A stretch of 61,762 nucleotides of DNA from a virus (Duplodnaviria > Caudoviricetes). The stretch spans positions 1 to 61,762 of the IMG/VR virus record IMGVR_UViG_3300020182_000034; one strand, written 5' to 3'. Positions 19,801-28,949 of the stretch are shown one piece after another. Position numbers and translations under genes: made by a program. How positions within the stretch are numbered: the first letter of the stretch is position 1; each line of letters begins with the position of its first letter. The notes below the pieces were generated by a model. The model did no database searches. It was not told the origin of the DNA and saw only the letters and a list, made by a program, of their open reading frames with translations.

Positions 19801-20536
19801 AATGGTCGCCGGAATTGTTGCGACTTCCTTTGCCAGTTCTATGATGGATCAAGCATTCAACGGATTAACTCCTGAAGCTAAGGGCGCCGGATATACAAAT
19901 GACACTCCTGATGGAGTACAAACGATAACAAATGAGAGTGGAGACTCAAGATCCTTGCTTCCTGGAAAACCAGTTCCTGCTGGTTGGACCGCAAAGCCCA
20001 CTCGAGAAAACAAAATTAAAAAATGGGGGAAAAAAGCCTGGGATAGTGAGTATAATTTTGCAAATTATAATAATTGGGGGTCAGGGTCAAAGCCAAAAAT
20101 CAGTAACGAATACAATGGAGGATTGATAAAAGGGTACGCAAGTGGAGGGCATATCTCTGGAAAAACCGGTATCGATCAAATTCCAGCCATGCTTAGTGAG
20201 GGCGAGTACGTAATTCGCGCAAGCTCTGCAAGACAAATTGGAAAATCTAATCTTGATAAAATCAATGCAGGAAAATTCTACAATGGAGGAGAAGTTTCTC
20301 AGACACCAAGCCAGTCCGAATCCTCAACCTCTCAAGGTAACACAAACAACATAAACATTTCCGTAAACGTAGAAAATGGCTCCACGAAAGATTCCAGCGA
20401 CGATTCAAAGAATAACGAAAATAATTCAGAGGATGCGGAAAAACAGGCCAAGATGGCCCAAAAGATAAAACAACAAGTTGTGTCGGTTATTATAGAAGAG
20501 CAACGAACCGGAGGCCTCTTGAGCAAAGGTAAATGA
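13892..20536 (+). CDS. Tail tape measure protein (TP901-type N-terminal core)
   Basis: 2214 aa; EYARQG, IGNSFKTIFTR and LENLGIAVRD motifs; Ala/Gly-rich hydrophobic segments, coiled coils and C-terminal IPAMLSEGEYVI. Confidence 0.9.
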   Translation: MSINLNVTGNTQPLEAAVNAAINRIRKTPIKITVDDKGATQPLGNMKRGADEFSKSMEAANSRIIAFGASMAIINGVADGFKALVKNVVEVEKALADINVVMNLSTANLEKFSNGLFKTAKETGAAFNVAAEAATEYARQGLTMEESLKRTRDALILTRLTGMDSANAVKALTAAMNTYGDQIKDTTELVSKFAAVDVKFAVSAEDFADAISRTGQAARSAGVDIDELVGLVTAAQQQTARGGKVIGNSFKTIFTRIGRSDTLNQLENLGIAVRDLEGNTLGAKRILTDLANTFDKLTASQQNQIAQTVGGVFQINVLKAVLSDAAKQNGILANATQISSGATTEAIDKNDQLRQTMSAMATETGLALKELSAQIGEIMLAPGMEKVLNVFKGLAEGANEMLGGGESTGSDFAQGFLKGLGNIITGPGLVVISAVFIKLFAKALVYANQSLKSLIGVTSEAHKQKAIQTSLVTLFGQNAAISKEMLRTDISRTEKERIILGLLKAQVIEANMLNSVSKSVAGGLYTRGYNANLAPRKGRAGGHVPNFADPEREQAARGGYAAGTIRSMNMPGEGSVIYNSAEKVKNFKGMSQPAIMPPHSSKAGKNYQQAFGDVHGFDPYAAGGHVPNFARKKSTKTAHINQDSAKYIGLTASNSNDRMGSLFATAGKGQSNVFDANNEPYKKAALKSKGAKIDYEFYSLDDSEKRKYYNSKVESGLKEDLQRASHGIMNQLLKTLSSKDQNFIAKKADLSKDLPENKMSVSAGHIFEAAAKTILRSIGAESAIPERASARIDFLKNQELYELFGVKGDKGSGGAEAKLNNNKRNAKSFARKIYDLEIGSKGATSFSKTSKLPKPKASNSRPFFQPQLMGNNAEGHIPNFANPLSDAIGREKAAGVPVSQIRVGSHPALMGKSNPIGLGVTNTHDEPNGLRDVIGAAGGFVPNYAEPGFQRTDVNIKGRRKQDKLVEKLNRELEKYTNAFKKGQLSQKNLTQGIKNLNQKYGLSEQTQKRVLKETNNSITATQKLNAARLSTTKALSGGTKGAMGLWGKTNSKIESSALGKGLSSTGGQMGLMMGAPMLAGMLQGEGVGTVSDSSYKAGGALQGLGTGAAMGMMFGPLGTIVGGTIGAFKGLVDASSELKEAQEKAAKAQRESSVQTGAALAQSLAPALAKTNFGKSGSVEFSFGGKQQKVDVDNFNKLSARNVETGRFGMKMGENVRSQMLGGLGLDMQDILRRGAGSPSAISGILKESGINVSREQLDAAVYSGKMIKGEDQGDVIQVRERRSSGEQIKRIEDQILAQMGSAARPEAIKTALDQLPEDMKIQTAALKEGSTAGGRSFKKGALEYFTPEELKKQIDEGNPAEVATAYADILKQIEVQNTLNEKNNQAVILQLDLQKLQVAAQQAAVMNQLKIKGKYSKIADNLSFEQKIMGSFATDLQKSQNKYLTSLNKARETKALSAAKADDALRSDIQGKLKTGQYSEIETNLKKELFKESAGTASEQDVTDALALKNGKELLEILNRIKINNKENTAIQNLVNQLIDSSVTKRNNELDVSNKIFRNTKNQIGREKVINDILAGRSQIIKDLERKNRMSSEGLRSSQKIRGFTEQVAAAKRLNAVGPGYQTKRERENFTMSEKGFGLESQIKTLEENKAKSIGEQELAKTKVEDVDLKRLTQLTRIKDEGFISKEEFRERENLKILVEQRAKKLEEIEQKIKNINSETDSEIDKAKTLLDKEKERLEIKRKHETGPGAFGNGLAGGMKSMAEQVETMDYELGTKLPQSFANGLSGAFISAINGAQDLNDALRDAGTNFLKLIQEAMMQKMVMQMMGGLGFSQGGNVRNYSKGGSVPAKVSNGEYLMSREAVNKYGGSFMHGLNARGEAPGFSSGGKTPQQGSALAANFGGAEGYKSGKRYQSQAMSSFFYSGQSGNPGLQEDADEMRKILSEREQARLKAEAEAKAKKQRRRERLGMVAGIVATSFASSMMDQAFNGLTPEAKGAGYTNDTPDGVQTITNESGDSRSLLPGKPVPAGWTAKPTRENKIKKWGKKAWDSEYNFANYNNWGSGSKPKISNEYNGGLIKGYASGGHISGKTGIDQIPAMLSEGEYVIRASSARQIGKSNLDKINAGKFYNGGEVSQTPSQSESSTSQGNTNNINISVNVENGSTKDSSDDSKNNENNSEDAEKQAKMAQKIKQQVVSVIIEEQRTGGLLSKGK

Positions 20537-22881
20537 GTTTTTCAAATTATGAACAAACCGTTATCATAAATGGAGTTTCCTTATCAGGAGTTCAAGACGT
20601 AAACGGTAGTTATGGAATAAGCGAAAAACCCATAAGGGTCGCCGGCGTCGGATTTGTTGATGCTTTAATAGACTCTCCTCTTGAGGGAAGCTTCACCATA
20701 ACCAGAAAAATGGTTAGCAGCGATCCACTGCTGGCGTCAAACGTTTTAGGATCTTATGATTTTGACGAGCAAGAAATAAGCGGGGCTATATTGTACGACA
20801 ATGCGCAAAAGGGATTCGGCTTTACAAGAGGCAGGGTTTCAAGATATGCTGTGTCTTGTTCTGTGGGAGAGATTCCCACAATAGAAACTGAAGTTAGAGT
20901 GTTTGGTCAATTGGGCGCCTCAGTGTTGAACAATGATTTAATCAAAATGCGTGAGGGCTCTACTTTCTTGCCATTTAACGGAGATAATGTTTATTTAACT
21001 AATGAAGATGAGTCTGTAATTGTCGATCGTTCCGAAAATTTCAAAACACAATGGAACGATCAAGCTCTCTTGATAAACCAGGACGCTTACAATCGACTAT
21101 CCCCTGAGACCAGACTTGTTAAAAGTGGCGCCGCTTTTTCTGCAGGCATAAACCTTGAAAACAACAACCCTTTGCAGGGCTCTTTGAGGTATTCTGACTG
21201 GTTTTTTATCGCTCAAAAAAATACAACCAACGAGCTTCGGTTTAATTTAAATTTTCCCCCATCAACAATGAGTAATGATGATCTTGAATCTTGGGTTTAT
21301 AATTTAGATATTGGATGGTTATACATTTCAGCATTAGGGCTGAATCACGAAACCTATCGAGAGTTGTGGTTTAGTTCTGCCATTTCAGTAGATGGCCAAT
21401 CAGAAGCAGTTTGGATGTACACAGACGAAAACATCCTTTCGTCCAGTGGAGCTGTATGGTTCTCGGGAAATGATCAAAGCATTATTTCTGAAGGGTGGTC
21501 GATTTTTTTTGCAGACCCCTTTGAAGAGTATAAGGCTATATTTTATCACTTTGAGGAATTGAAGTGGTATGGGTTATATGATTTACCAGGCACATTTTCG
21601 CTCACTCATTTAACTTCCTTAAATGGTCGAGATTTAAGCGCACTTCCTTTATCCGCGAACGATATAAAAAGCGTAGCCCCTAAAAACAGCATCAAAAGAC
21701 TGTTTGCGTTTGGAGATTCGTATTCAGATTCTGGGAATTACCCAGACAGTCTGTGGCTAGACAGGCAAAAAGTTTGGTGTCAGTACGTTGCAGGTTTAAT
21801 GTTCCTTGATTTTGAACCTTCAAGTGAGGGCGGCAGGAATTACGCATTTGGCGGTGCAAGACTGATAGAAAATGTGGACCAGGGGAATGGAGTGGTCGTC
21901 CCTTCAATACTCTCCCAAATTAATTCTGTTGCAGAACCATTTCTTGAAAATGATCTTATTTGTTTTTTTGGCGGTGGAAATGATTATATTGGTCATAGTG
22001 AGTCTGCGAGCTATATATCTCAAAATTACCTGCAATGTATACAAGCTCTGTACGACAATGGAGCTAGGAATTTAGTTTTATTGAATATGCTTGATTTGTA
22101 TTCAATGCCGTCAGTTGTGGATCCCTCCGCAACTCAAGTATCTATAGACGTTAATGAATCTATATCTAGTATCCCAAGCTTGTTTGCTGATGCGAATATA
22201 TATATTTATGATTTTTACTCAAAACTGAATGATATACTTGCTGACCCGGTCAGTTATGGAATTAGTGATTCGCCGTTCTACGATGACACCCACTTGAATC
22301 AGCAGGTTCATTCTGAAATCGCCAACCAAATATATACAACCTTCATAGCTCAAGTACAGCCTGACATTCTAGCCTTGGGAAAAGACTCTTTTGATTTGTA
22401 CGATAAAGCAATCAATCCTCATCCTCCTATACAATTTCCCGACCAATCAAGCATAAAGGTTAAGGTTAGTGATTTTGAAATAGATGCAATCAGTGATTTC
22501 AGTTTCAGCAGAACTTTAAACTTGTCCCCGATTTACGCAATACATCAGGGCGATTCCCAAGACTGGGAAAACGGTAAGTCATCTCTTCCGAATTTAGAAC
22601 CTGTGCAAATAGATACTCAGTATCCAATAGAAACAGACATAAATTTCACAATGATCGCTCAAAGCTACCAAATCAGAGAAATCAAGGATAGAATTCAGTC
22701 CGCACCAAAAAGCGATGTGTCAATAGAAATAAGGGATTCAAAGACCAATGAAATGATCAGCCACCTTGTCGGAGAAAACGTTAGATTAATAAGCGAATCC
22801 ATAACTTCATCTGTTGCTGAGGAAATGTCTATATCTTTAACTTACAAAGGTTACGAAGCTTCTCACAACCCAGTTTCATGA
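20533..22881 (+). CDS. Tail protein (tube/Dit-like ends) with an inserted Trp-rich module and SGNH/GDSL hydrolase
   Basis: FAFGDSYSDSG, NYAFGGA, GGGND and DDTH are the four SGNH blocks; SCSVGEIP recalls ASVGxxP of the tube paralogues. Confidence 0.7.
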   Translation: MSFSNYEQTVIINGVSLSGVQDVNGSYGISEKPIRVAGVGFVDALIDSPLEGSFTITRKMVSSDPLLASNVLGSYDFDEQEISGAILYDNAQKGFGFTRGRVSRYAVSCSVGEIPTIETEVRVFGQLGASVLNNDLIKMREGSTFLPFNGDNVYLTNEDESVIVDRSENFKTQWNDQALLINQDAYNRLSPETRLVKSGAAFSAGINLENNNPLQGSLRYSDWFFIAQKNTTNELRFNLNFPPSTMSNDDLESWVYNLDIGWLYISALGLNHETYRELWFSSAISVDGQSEAVWMYTDENILSSSGAVWFSGNDQSIISEGWSIFFADPFEEYKAIFYHFEELKWYGLYDLPGTFSLTHLTSLNGRDLSALPLSANDIKSVAPKNSIKRLFAFGDSYSDSGNYPDSLWLDRQKVWCQYVAGLMFLDFEPSSEGGRNYAFGGARLIENVDQGNGVVVPSILSQINSVAEPFLENDLICFFGGGNDYIGHSESASYISQNYLQCIQALYDNGARNLVLLNMLDLYSMPSVVDPSATQVSIDVNESISSIPSLFADANIYIYDFYSKLNDILADPVSYGISDSPFYDDTHLNQQVHSEIANQIYTTFIAQVQPDILALGKDSFDLYDKAINPHPPIQFPDQSSIKVKVSDFEIDAISDFSFSRTLNLSPIYAIHQGDSQDWENGKSSLPNLEPVQIDTQYPIETDINFTMIAQSYQIREIKDRIQSAPKSDVSIEIRDSKTNEMISHLVGENVRLISESITSSVAEEMSISLTYKGYEASHNPVS

Positions 22882-23795
22882 GCTCTCCATTCTTAAGGTT
22901 TGAGGAGGGCAAGATTTCTCTTGGTGGTAAAGATTTGCTCGTTAATTCAGCCAACCTTTCAATATCCCCATCTTTGGAAATTGAAAGAGTATATGGAGAT
23001 TTTGATCCAGAAATTGTGGGAGCCAAAACAGAGTTCGCTAAATTTGCTCCGACCACAGGACTGAATGGTAAGTTGGATATATCTTTTTATATATCCGCCG
23101 ACACTTTTGCTGAAGGAGGAATTACTAATTCTATTAATAAATTATTTGAAATAAAAAACGGCATGTCTGAAGGGCCTATACATTTAAATACTGTCGGTCG
23201 ATATTCTTTTGATAGTATGTACTTAACTTCTTTTTCTTTTGAGCTTACTCCATTTCAAGTCATTAAGGCTAGTGCTTCTTATTTAATATATGGATCTATT
23301 CAAAAAACTAATGGAAAGAGATTTGTTAGATTGGATGCGAATTATGCACATGGACTAAAATCGTTTGGAGAAATGAAAGCTGGAGGTGCAATATCTAATG
23401 TATCTATTGGCAGTCAATTTGAAATTAGTCTTTTGAGGTATAATATAATTGTGAATAGAAAATTACATACTCATATTCGCGGCTCAGAACATACCAGAAT
23501 TAATACTTCTTCGAGAGGGGTCGTTCCGCACAGAGTTAGTGTCGAAAGTATAGAGTCTGAGATGAGTGTTGATTGTAATGATATCCCCGACAACTTAAAT
23601 GCATACGGAGACCAACAAATAGGTAACTCGCCCGAAGGGTTGTACGACTCTACGATTAGCGCTTTTTTGTACTCCTTGAAGGGGCAAAAAATTGCCAAGT
23701 TTTCGTCCACCGGCAAGATACAATCCGAATCCATGTCTATTTCTGAAGGGTCGAACGCTTCTTGCAATATAACAATCAAGGAGATCATTAAGTAA
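22878..23795 (+). CDS. Minor tail protein (possibly tube-like fold)
   Basis: 305 aa, beta-rich, ATGA-coupled within the tail operon. Confidence 0.45.
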   Translation: MSSPFLRFEEGKISLGGKDLLVNSANLSISPSLEIERVYGDFDPEIVGAKTEFAKFAPTTGLNGKLDISFYISADTFAEGGITNSINKLFEIKNGMSEGPIHLNTVGRYSFDSMYLTSFSFELTPFQVIKASASYLIYGSIQKTNGKRFVRLDANYAHGLKSFGEMKAGGAISNVSIGSQFEISLLRYNIIVNRKLHTHIRGSEHTRINTSSRGVVPHRVSVESIESEMSVDCNDIPDNLNAYGDQQIGNSPEGLYDSTISAFLYSLKGQKIAKFSSTGKIQSESMSISEGSNASCNITIKEIIK

Positions 23796-26700
23796 TGAGC
23801 GATCAATTGAACCCTTACGGCCCGGCAAGTACCAATATATCTAATTACAGTGGAGTTTTTGAGACCGGAGCGAGCTATAGCAAATTTGATTTTGTTTATA
23901 ACCCGCAGGACGGCCTGTATTATTATGCAACAAAGGATTTAACTATCGGCGGGGAATTGGAGATATCTGGAAAAAATAGATTTTTATTTGTTCCCGATGG
24001 ACCTGTGATAGAAAATCAAGTTTGTCATTATGTATACGATGAGTGGAATGAGTTGGGATTGCTTAATCAGGGGTTGCAAGTTGGGCAGACTATCAATATT
24101 CAGGGTTCACTACTCAACTCTAATGGTGATTATGAAGTGCTTGAGGTTGAGGAAAATGTTGATTCTTACTATAACCCAGTCGCGGAAAAAACATTAATAT
24201 CGACACTAGGCTTAACTGCTGTTGAAGGTGCGGATTTTTGGCACAAATCCTCTTGGTTTTTTTCGCCCAATAAAGGGGAAGCTGATGAAATTAGCGGGGG
24301 AGATTTAAATTATACATCCGATTCTTTGGGTAACTGGGTTTATAATACCGTTATCGGGTGGTTCTTTGTCTCTTTAAGTGATAGCTCTGAAAAAAGCTTT
24401 TGGTTTTTTCTTCCTCACTCGGGCGAAAGGTTGATTGATAATGGAGTTTGGTTGTGGGCTTCTATAGACACTTTGGGCTCAAATGTATCCAGTAGTAATT
24501 CATTTTTGTATTTAGGCCCAGAAAATAAAGCTAATGATTACGAATCCTATATCAGTAATGATGGTGGCTTGTTGGATTATTTCATGAGTGGGGCGGACTG
24601 GAACTATGGAGATGGAACTGTCGCAGTCAACACGAAGACTATTGCAGAGTTTGGAAAATCTCACTGGGAAGCGTTTGGACTTAAAGAAGAAAGGGTTATG
24701 CCTCAGGTTGAAATGCTGGGGCCAGAGGGTTGGCTGCACTGCACCAAGTCTTTTCTAGATAAGTACTCTGTATGTTTTTATAATTTTAACAATAACAAGT
24801 GGTACGCTAGATTATCCGGTGGCGCCGATTCATTCACCTCTATTCCCTCTGACGAAATTGCCGCAACTTTAAATAGCTCAAAACCCCCCTCCTCCTTTGT
24901 CCCTAATAGGTTAACCGACGGAATATCTGCGAGAATTGCAGTTCGAGGTGTCGACGATTCGATATCGATATCTCAGCTAGAAGAACCTTCTGATCAAACA
25001 ATTATTATTTCAAGCGTTGATTCTGAAATAAATTCAAACCAAGACGCGTGGACCTCTGATAGGTTCTTTTTTGACGCCGACTACGGATCAACTGTAAATT
25101 TTAAAACAAATAATGATAAGTACGAATTTGGTAATGGTTATTATTCAATAAAGCCAAAAGGTATTAATTCTCTTTCTTTCTCTGCTGATCTAACATTTAA
25201 AAATAGGACCAATAGGGAAGCTAACGCTATTATTCATTTCGTGGAAAGCCATCAGGGGCAATTGGAGAAGGACTCTTCATCTTCTAATTTGGAGTATAGC
25301 CAGGGAATATCTGGCTTTAGATGGGGTGGATCCTCCACGTTTCACCCATATGATACATTAGATAATCAATCAAAGACTTTTTACTGCGATAATTTTTCGC
25401 ACAGTTTAGATTTCGAAAATAGCAATAATATACAATTAACCCTTAAAAATTTTAATACTTCATTGCTTTATAAGTCTGAATCTTTATTTACTAAAAAGGC
25501 TGAAGATTTTGATGAAAGTTCTTACTATTCAAGGAATGATGTTGTTTTTTATACAGGTAATCATCAGTACTACTATTTTCATAGCGGAGATTATTCTGAT
25601 GAAAATATAGTTGGACCTCCAGCTTTAATGCATGACGAGTGGACTCGAGAAAGCGGTTACTGCTCTGAGATCAATAAAGACGCTTGGACTAGGGAGTTTT
25701 ATTGGAAACCGTCTCTTGGGTTGACCGTGTCTCAATCTCCGCAGCTTTTGGATATGAATATGAACGGGTCTTACTCTCAAATTCATAAAGATGGTATAAA
25801 TAATAATTTATTAAACCTGGAGTTGAATTTTAATAATAGAGATGATGCTGAAGTTTATGCTATACTTCACTTTTTAGAACAGCATTACGGAGCAGTACCT
25901 TTCTTGTTTTCCCCTCCCGCACCTTACGAAAAAAAGAAAGCCTTTATTTGCCAGGAATGGTCTCACGCTTATAATTTTAAGAACAATCATAGTGTTTCTG
26001 CGAGGTTTGAACAGTTTCCTATAGCATTAACTAGCGAAGACATAATTAATGAAATACCTCCGGCGATAACCACTAAGGGGGAATTGATATTTGAACCTTC
26101 TATTGAAATTTCATCGCAAGATGAACAGTTTACCTGGGATTCTGTCAGAAAAAAGAGGGTATATATTGAAAATATTGGAGGCACAGATGTTGAAATTGAT
26201 TATATAAGATTGAACTCCGAGGATTCAGCTATTAATGTATTGGGTAGGCCGCGCCTTGGAAGAAATTACATGACTCCTGGCATCCCTGAGCTTGAAGGTT
26301 CGGTGGTACACGCCAAAGCAATTTTCTTGGCCATTATGGGATTTGAAATGTCAGACAGCCTTTTCGACGATTACTCCGAATCTCTTGCGTTCTGGACTGC
26401 TCGAGATTTTGTGTTTGAGTTGATAAATTCAGAAACTTTCTTAGCGTCTTCTCCTTCTGAATCTAAGATACAAGTTTTATACAGAGATCTATTAAATCGA
26501 ATTGCCGATCAGGTTGGTATGGATTATTTTTTAAACGTCGCATCAATGTCGATTGTTGTTAATGGTCTGCTTGGGTCTGCCGAGTACAACTTTGCAAAAG
26601 TAATGCCCCTCAATTCCGAGAGAAGGGGCCTACTCGTTACTATTCCTCCTGATAAATTATTCGAGCTAAATCTTCACGGAAAACCCGTAAAGCTTACGTC

Positions 26701-28948
26701 TTTTGATGGTGGGATCCAAGGTTTTGAAACTGTTCTCGATGAAGAAGTTAGGCGTTTTTTACAATACCCAAATGGAGCGATAAAAGATATTAATCTTAAC
26801 GAGTATCACGAATATACCTACTTCGTAGGCACCTCTGCGTTTGTAGCTTATGGATCCAATTTGGTTCCCGCATATTCTAGAGTTTATATAGATTTACTGT
26901 ACGACAACCCATTGGGGGATGTTCCCGCATTTTTTCTTGAGGATCTCTATGGAGAAATTGTGAACTGGACCGATGATGAAGGAAATGTCGGTGGGAATTT
27001 AAAAATTGAATCCACTAATAAGTGGGTAATTGGAAATTTGGAAGTGCAGGTTGATGAATCAATCGTCAAGGGAGAGGTTAAAGCTTGGGTGACGTCTAAT
27101 GACGACCAGTTAGCATCAATAATAGAAGAAGAGAATGAAGGCTGGAGGAGTACAAAAAAGATTAGTGGCCCTGCTATTTTAAGCTTTCTTGATGTAGATT
27201 ATAGTGGCTGGTTTTACCAATTTGGTAATCTTTCTGGTTACTCAAAAAAGAATCCTGCGGGCATTGTCTTGCCTCGCTCTCAAGATTCTGACCCTGCCAA
27301 TTTCATGTTTAAGGATGCAATTAATTGCGCGGCAAAATTCAAGGTCGGAGAAAGTTTTGAAGTTAATGATTATTTGGGACTCTGGGTAACTTACGAATTT
27401 AAAACATTCTCAGAGCAAGGGGGCGGCCTTTTATCTCCAAGGTCGTTTGATCCTCAAGTCATGCTTTCAAGTCAAGACTCGTTGGCTATTGATGGCTCTG
27501 TTTCTTTGGGTGTTTGTAATTCTGCAAATCATACTTTATTAAGCATAGAGCAGATGACTGTTGAGTCTACACCCAATGGGTATGCGTACGGGTGGGTACA
27601 AAAAGGAATTATGAAGATTCATTCTTCTTTTTTAACGGAGGCAGAGACATTTAGCGACGAATCTAATCAAAACCTAGATACGGTTTTGCTGGGTGCGGAG
27701 CAATGGCTTTGTCAAGCTAACGCCTCATGCTTTATTGTTGACAATGAAGGCCTGGGTAATATAGAATTTAAGGTGGGGGATATTGCGTATGAATACGGTA
27801 TAGTTTATGACTCTGAATTGGATAATTACAGCGTTGTTAACAAAAATAATGATTACGATGCAAAAGGCGTTTCTTTGGATACCGCTTACGACGTCCTGCT
27901 AAAAACAAAAACAAAAAGAAAGGCTTTTCGAAAGTTCGTCATGGAAGGAGACGTTCCTTGCTTTCAGATTTGGAGGCACTTGGTCAGAACTTCTACTCAA
28001 GAAAGTCAAGTCGAAGATTTTTACGCGTCACAGTATCTTCCCGACGGTAATACTTTAGGGTTTCCATTTGGTCAGTATAAGGCGGAAAGGTCCGCGCTAC
28101 CTTACCTTCCGAGTAGTCCAGGAATTGAGCTTAAGCTTAATTTTGGAACTCTCGATATCAACCCAAGATTGAAAGCGATTATTTTAAAGGCTGCCGAAAC
28201 ATGGAAATCTTGCGTGTTGGACGCGCTAACTATTCGAGTTGATATCGTAGAGGATACTTCTGGCGATTCTACTTTAGCGGCTGTATATACCCATACGGAT
28301 CTCGATTTTACTGAATACGGAATGAAGCCTGTTGGGAAAAATCATCTTTTCCGCAGCTCCGCACTACTTGTCTATAATCCAAATTTTCTTTTTACTGATA
28401 AATGGTTGAAAGAAGATGAAGATGGAGACTCTTCGGCCGGCTCAGTTGCTTATCATGAATTTGGACACATATTTGGAATAACTTCAATGCAAAACAAAGA
28501 CCGTTTGAACCTCTACAGTGCCGACACTAAAGATTTATACGACCATTTTGAAATGACAGAAAAGTTTGGCGCCCAATACATTGGGGCTAAGGGTGTCGAG
28601 AAATGGAAAGAGTTGATAATTCATAAGGGTTTTGATGACCCAGTCCAATATTTTTACGAAAGCATACCTCTTAATGAGGCGAGGTATTTTGAGAACGCAG
28701 ATGGCTCGATCGGATCTAAGGAAAAAACAGATTATCACATATCTGAATATCCAAAGTTTGAAAAAGATGGGATACGGGTTCAACCCACTTTTTCTGAAGC
28801 TTTAATGACTACATTTTTAGGGAAGGGTGCAACGCCGACACCCTCAATAATAACCCTTGGACTTTTAGAAGATTTGGGGTACGAGGTGGATTATGGTGCC
28901 GCATGCTCTAATGATGACCCTTCTTTAGAAATAGATATAGAGATATAA
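23795..28948 (+). CDS. Multidomain distal tail protein: two lambda gpM-like domains, Trp-rich module, DUF4214-like segment and C-terminal HEXXH metalloprotease
   Basis: FGNGY..KGIN..LTF..AIIHFVESHQG and KDGIN..LNF..AILHFLEQHYGAVPFLFSPP..CQEW..SARFEQ; YHEFGHIFG..HISE..ALMT..ITLGLLEDLGY. Confidence 0.7.
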   Translation: MSDQLNPYGPASTNISNYSGVFETGASYSKFDFVYNPQDGLYYYATKDLTIGGELEISGKNRFLFVPDGPVIENQVCHYVYDEWNELGLLNQGLQVGQTINIQGSLLNSNGDYEVLEVEENVDSYYNPVAEKTLISTLGLTAVEGADFWHKSSWFFSPNKGEADEISGGDLNYTSDSLGNWVYNTVIGWFFVSLSDSSEKSFWFFLPHSGERLIDNGVWLWASIDTLGSNVSSSNSFLYLGPENKANDYESYISNDGGLLDYFMSGADWNYGDGTVAVNTKTIAEFGKSHWEAFGLKEERVMPQVEMLGPEGWLHCTKSFLDKYSVCFYNFNNNKWYARLSGGADSFTSIPSDEIAATLNSSKPPSSFVPNRLTDGISARIAVRGVDDSISISQLEEPSDQTIIISSVDSEINSNQDAWTSDRFFFDADYGSTVNFKTNNDKYEFGNGYYSIKPKGINSLSFSADLTFKNRTNREANAIIHFVESHQGQLEKDSSSSNLEYSQGISGFRWGGSSTFHPYDTLDNQSKTFYCDNFSHSLDFENSNNIQLTLKNFNTSLLYKSESLFTKKAEDFDESSYYSRNDVVFYTGNHQYYYFHSGDYSDENIVGPPALMHDEWTRESGYCSEINKDAWTREFYWKPSLGLTVSQSPQLLDMNMNGSYSQIHKDGINNNLLNLELNFNNRDDAEVYAILHFLEQHYGAVPFLFSPPAPYEKKKAFICQEWSHAYNFKNNHSVSARFEQFPIALTSEDIINEIPPAITTKGELIFEPSIEISSQDEQFTWDSVRKKRVYIENIGGTDVEIDYIRLNSEDSAINVLGRPRLGRNYMTPGIPELEGSVVHAKAIFLAIMGFEMSDSLFDDYSESLAFWTARDFVFELINSETFLASSPSESKIQVLYRDLLNRIADQVGMDYFLNVASMSIVVNGLLGSAEYNFAKVMPLNSERRGLLVTIPPDKLFELNLHGKPVKLTSFDGGIQGFETVLDEEVRRFLQYPNGAIKDINLNEYHEYTYFVGTSAFVAYGSNLVPAYSRVYIDLLYDNPLGDVPAFFLEDLYGEIVNWTDDEGNVGGNLKIESTNKWVIGNLEVQVDESIVKGEVKAWVTSNDDQLASIIEEENEGWRSTKKISGPAILSFLDVDYSGWFYQFGNLSGYSKKNPAGIVLPRSQDSDPANFMFKDAINCAAKFKVGESFEVNDYLGLWVTYEFKTFSEQGGGLLSPRSFDPQVMLSSQDSLAIDGSVSLGVCNSANHTLLSIEQMTVESTPNGYAYGWVQKGIMKIHSSFLTEAETFSDESNQNLDTVLLGAEQWLCQANASCFIVDNEGLGNIEFKVGDIAYEYGIVYDSELDNYSVVNKNNDYDAKGVSLDTAYDVLLKTKTKRKAFRKFVMEGDVPCFQIWRHLVRTSTQESQVEDFYASQYLPDGNTLGFPFGQYKAERSALPYLPSSPGIELKLNFGTLDINPRLKAIILKAAETWKSCVLDALTIRVDIVEDTSGDSTLAAVYTHTDLDFTEYGMKPVGKNHLFRSSALLVYNPNFLFTDKWLKEDEDGDSSAGSVAYHEFGHIFGITSMQNKDRLNLYSADTKDLYDHFEMTEKFGAQYIGAKGVEKWKELIIHKGFDDPVQYFYESIPLNEARYFENADGSIGSKEKTDYHISEYPKFEKDGIRVQPTFSEALMTTFLGKGATPTPSIITLGLLEDLGYEVDYGAACSNDDPSLEIDIEI

Positions 28949-28949
28949 A

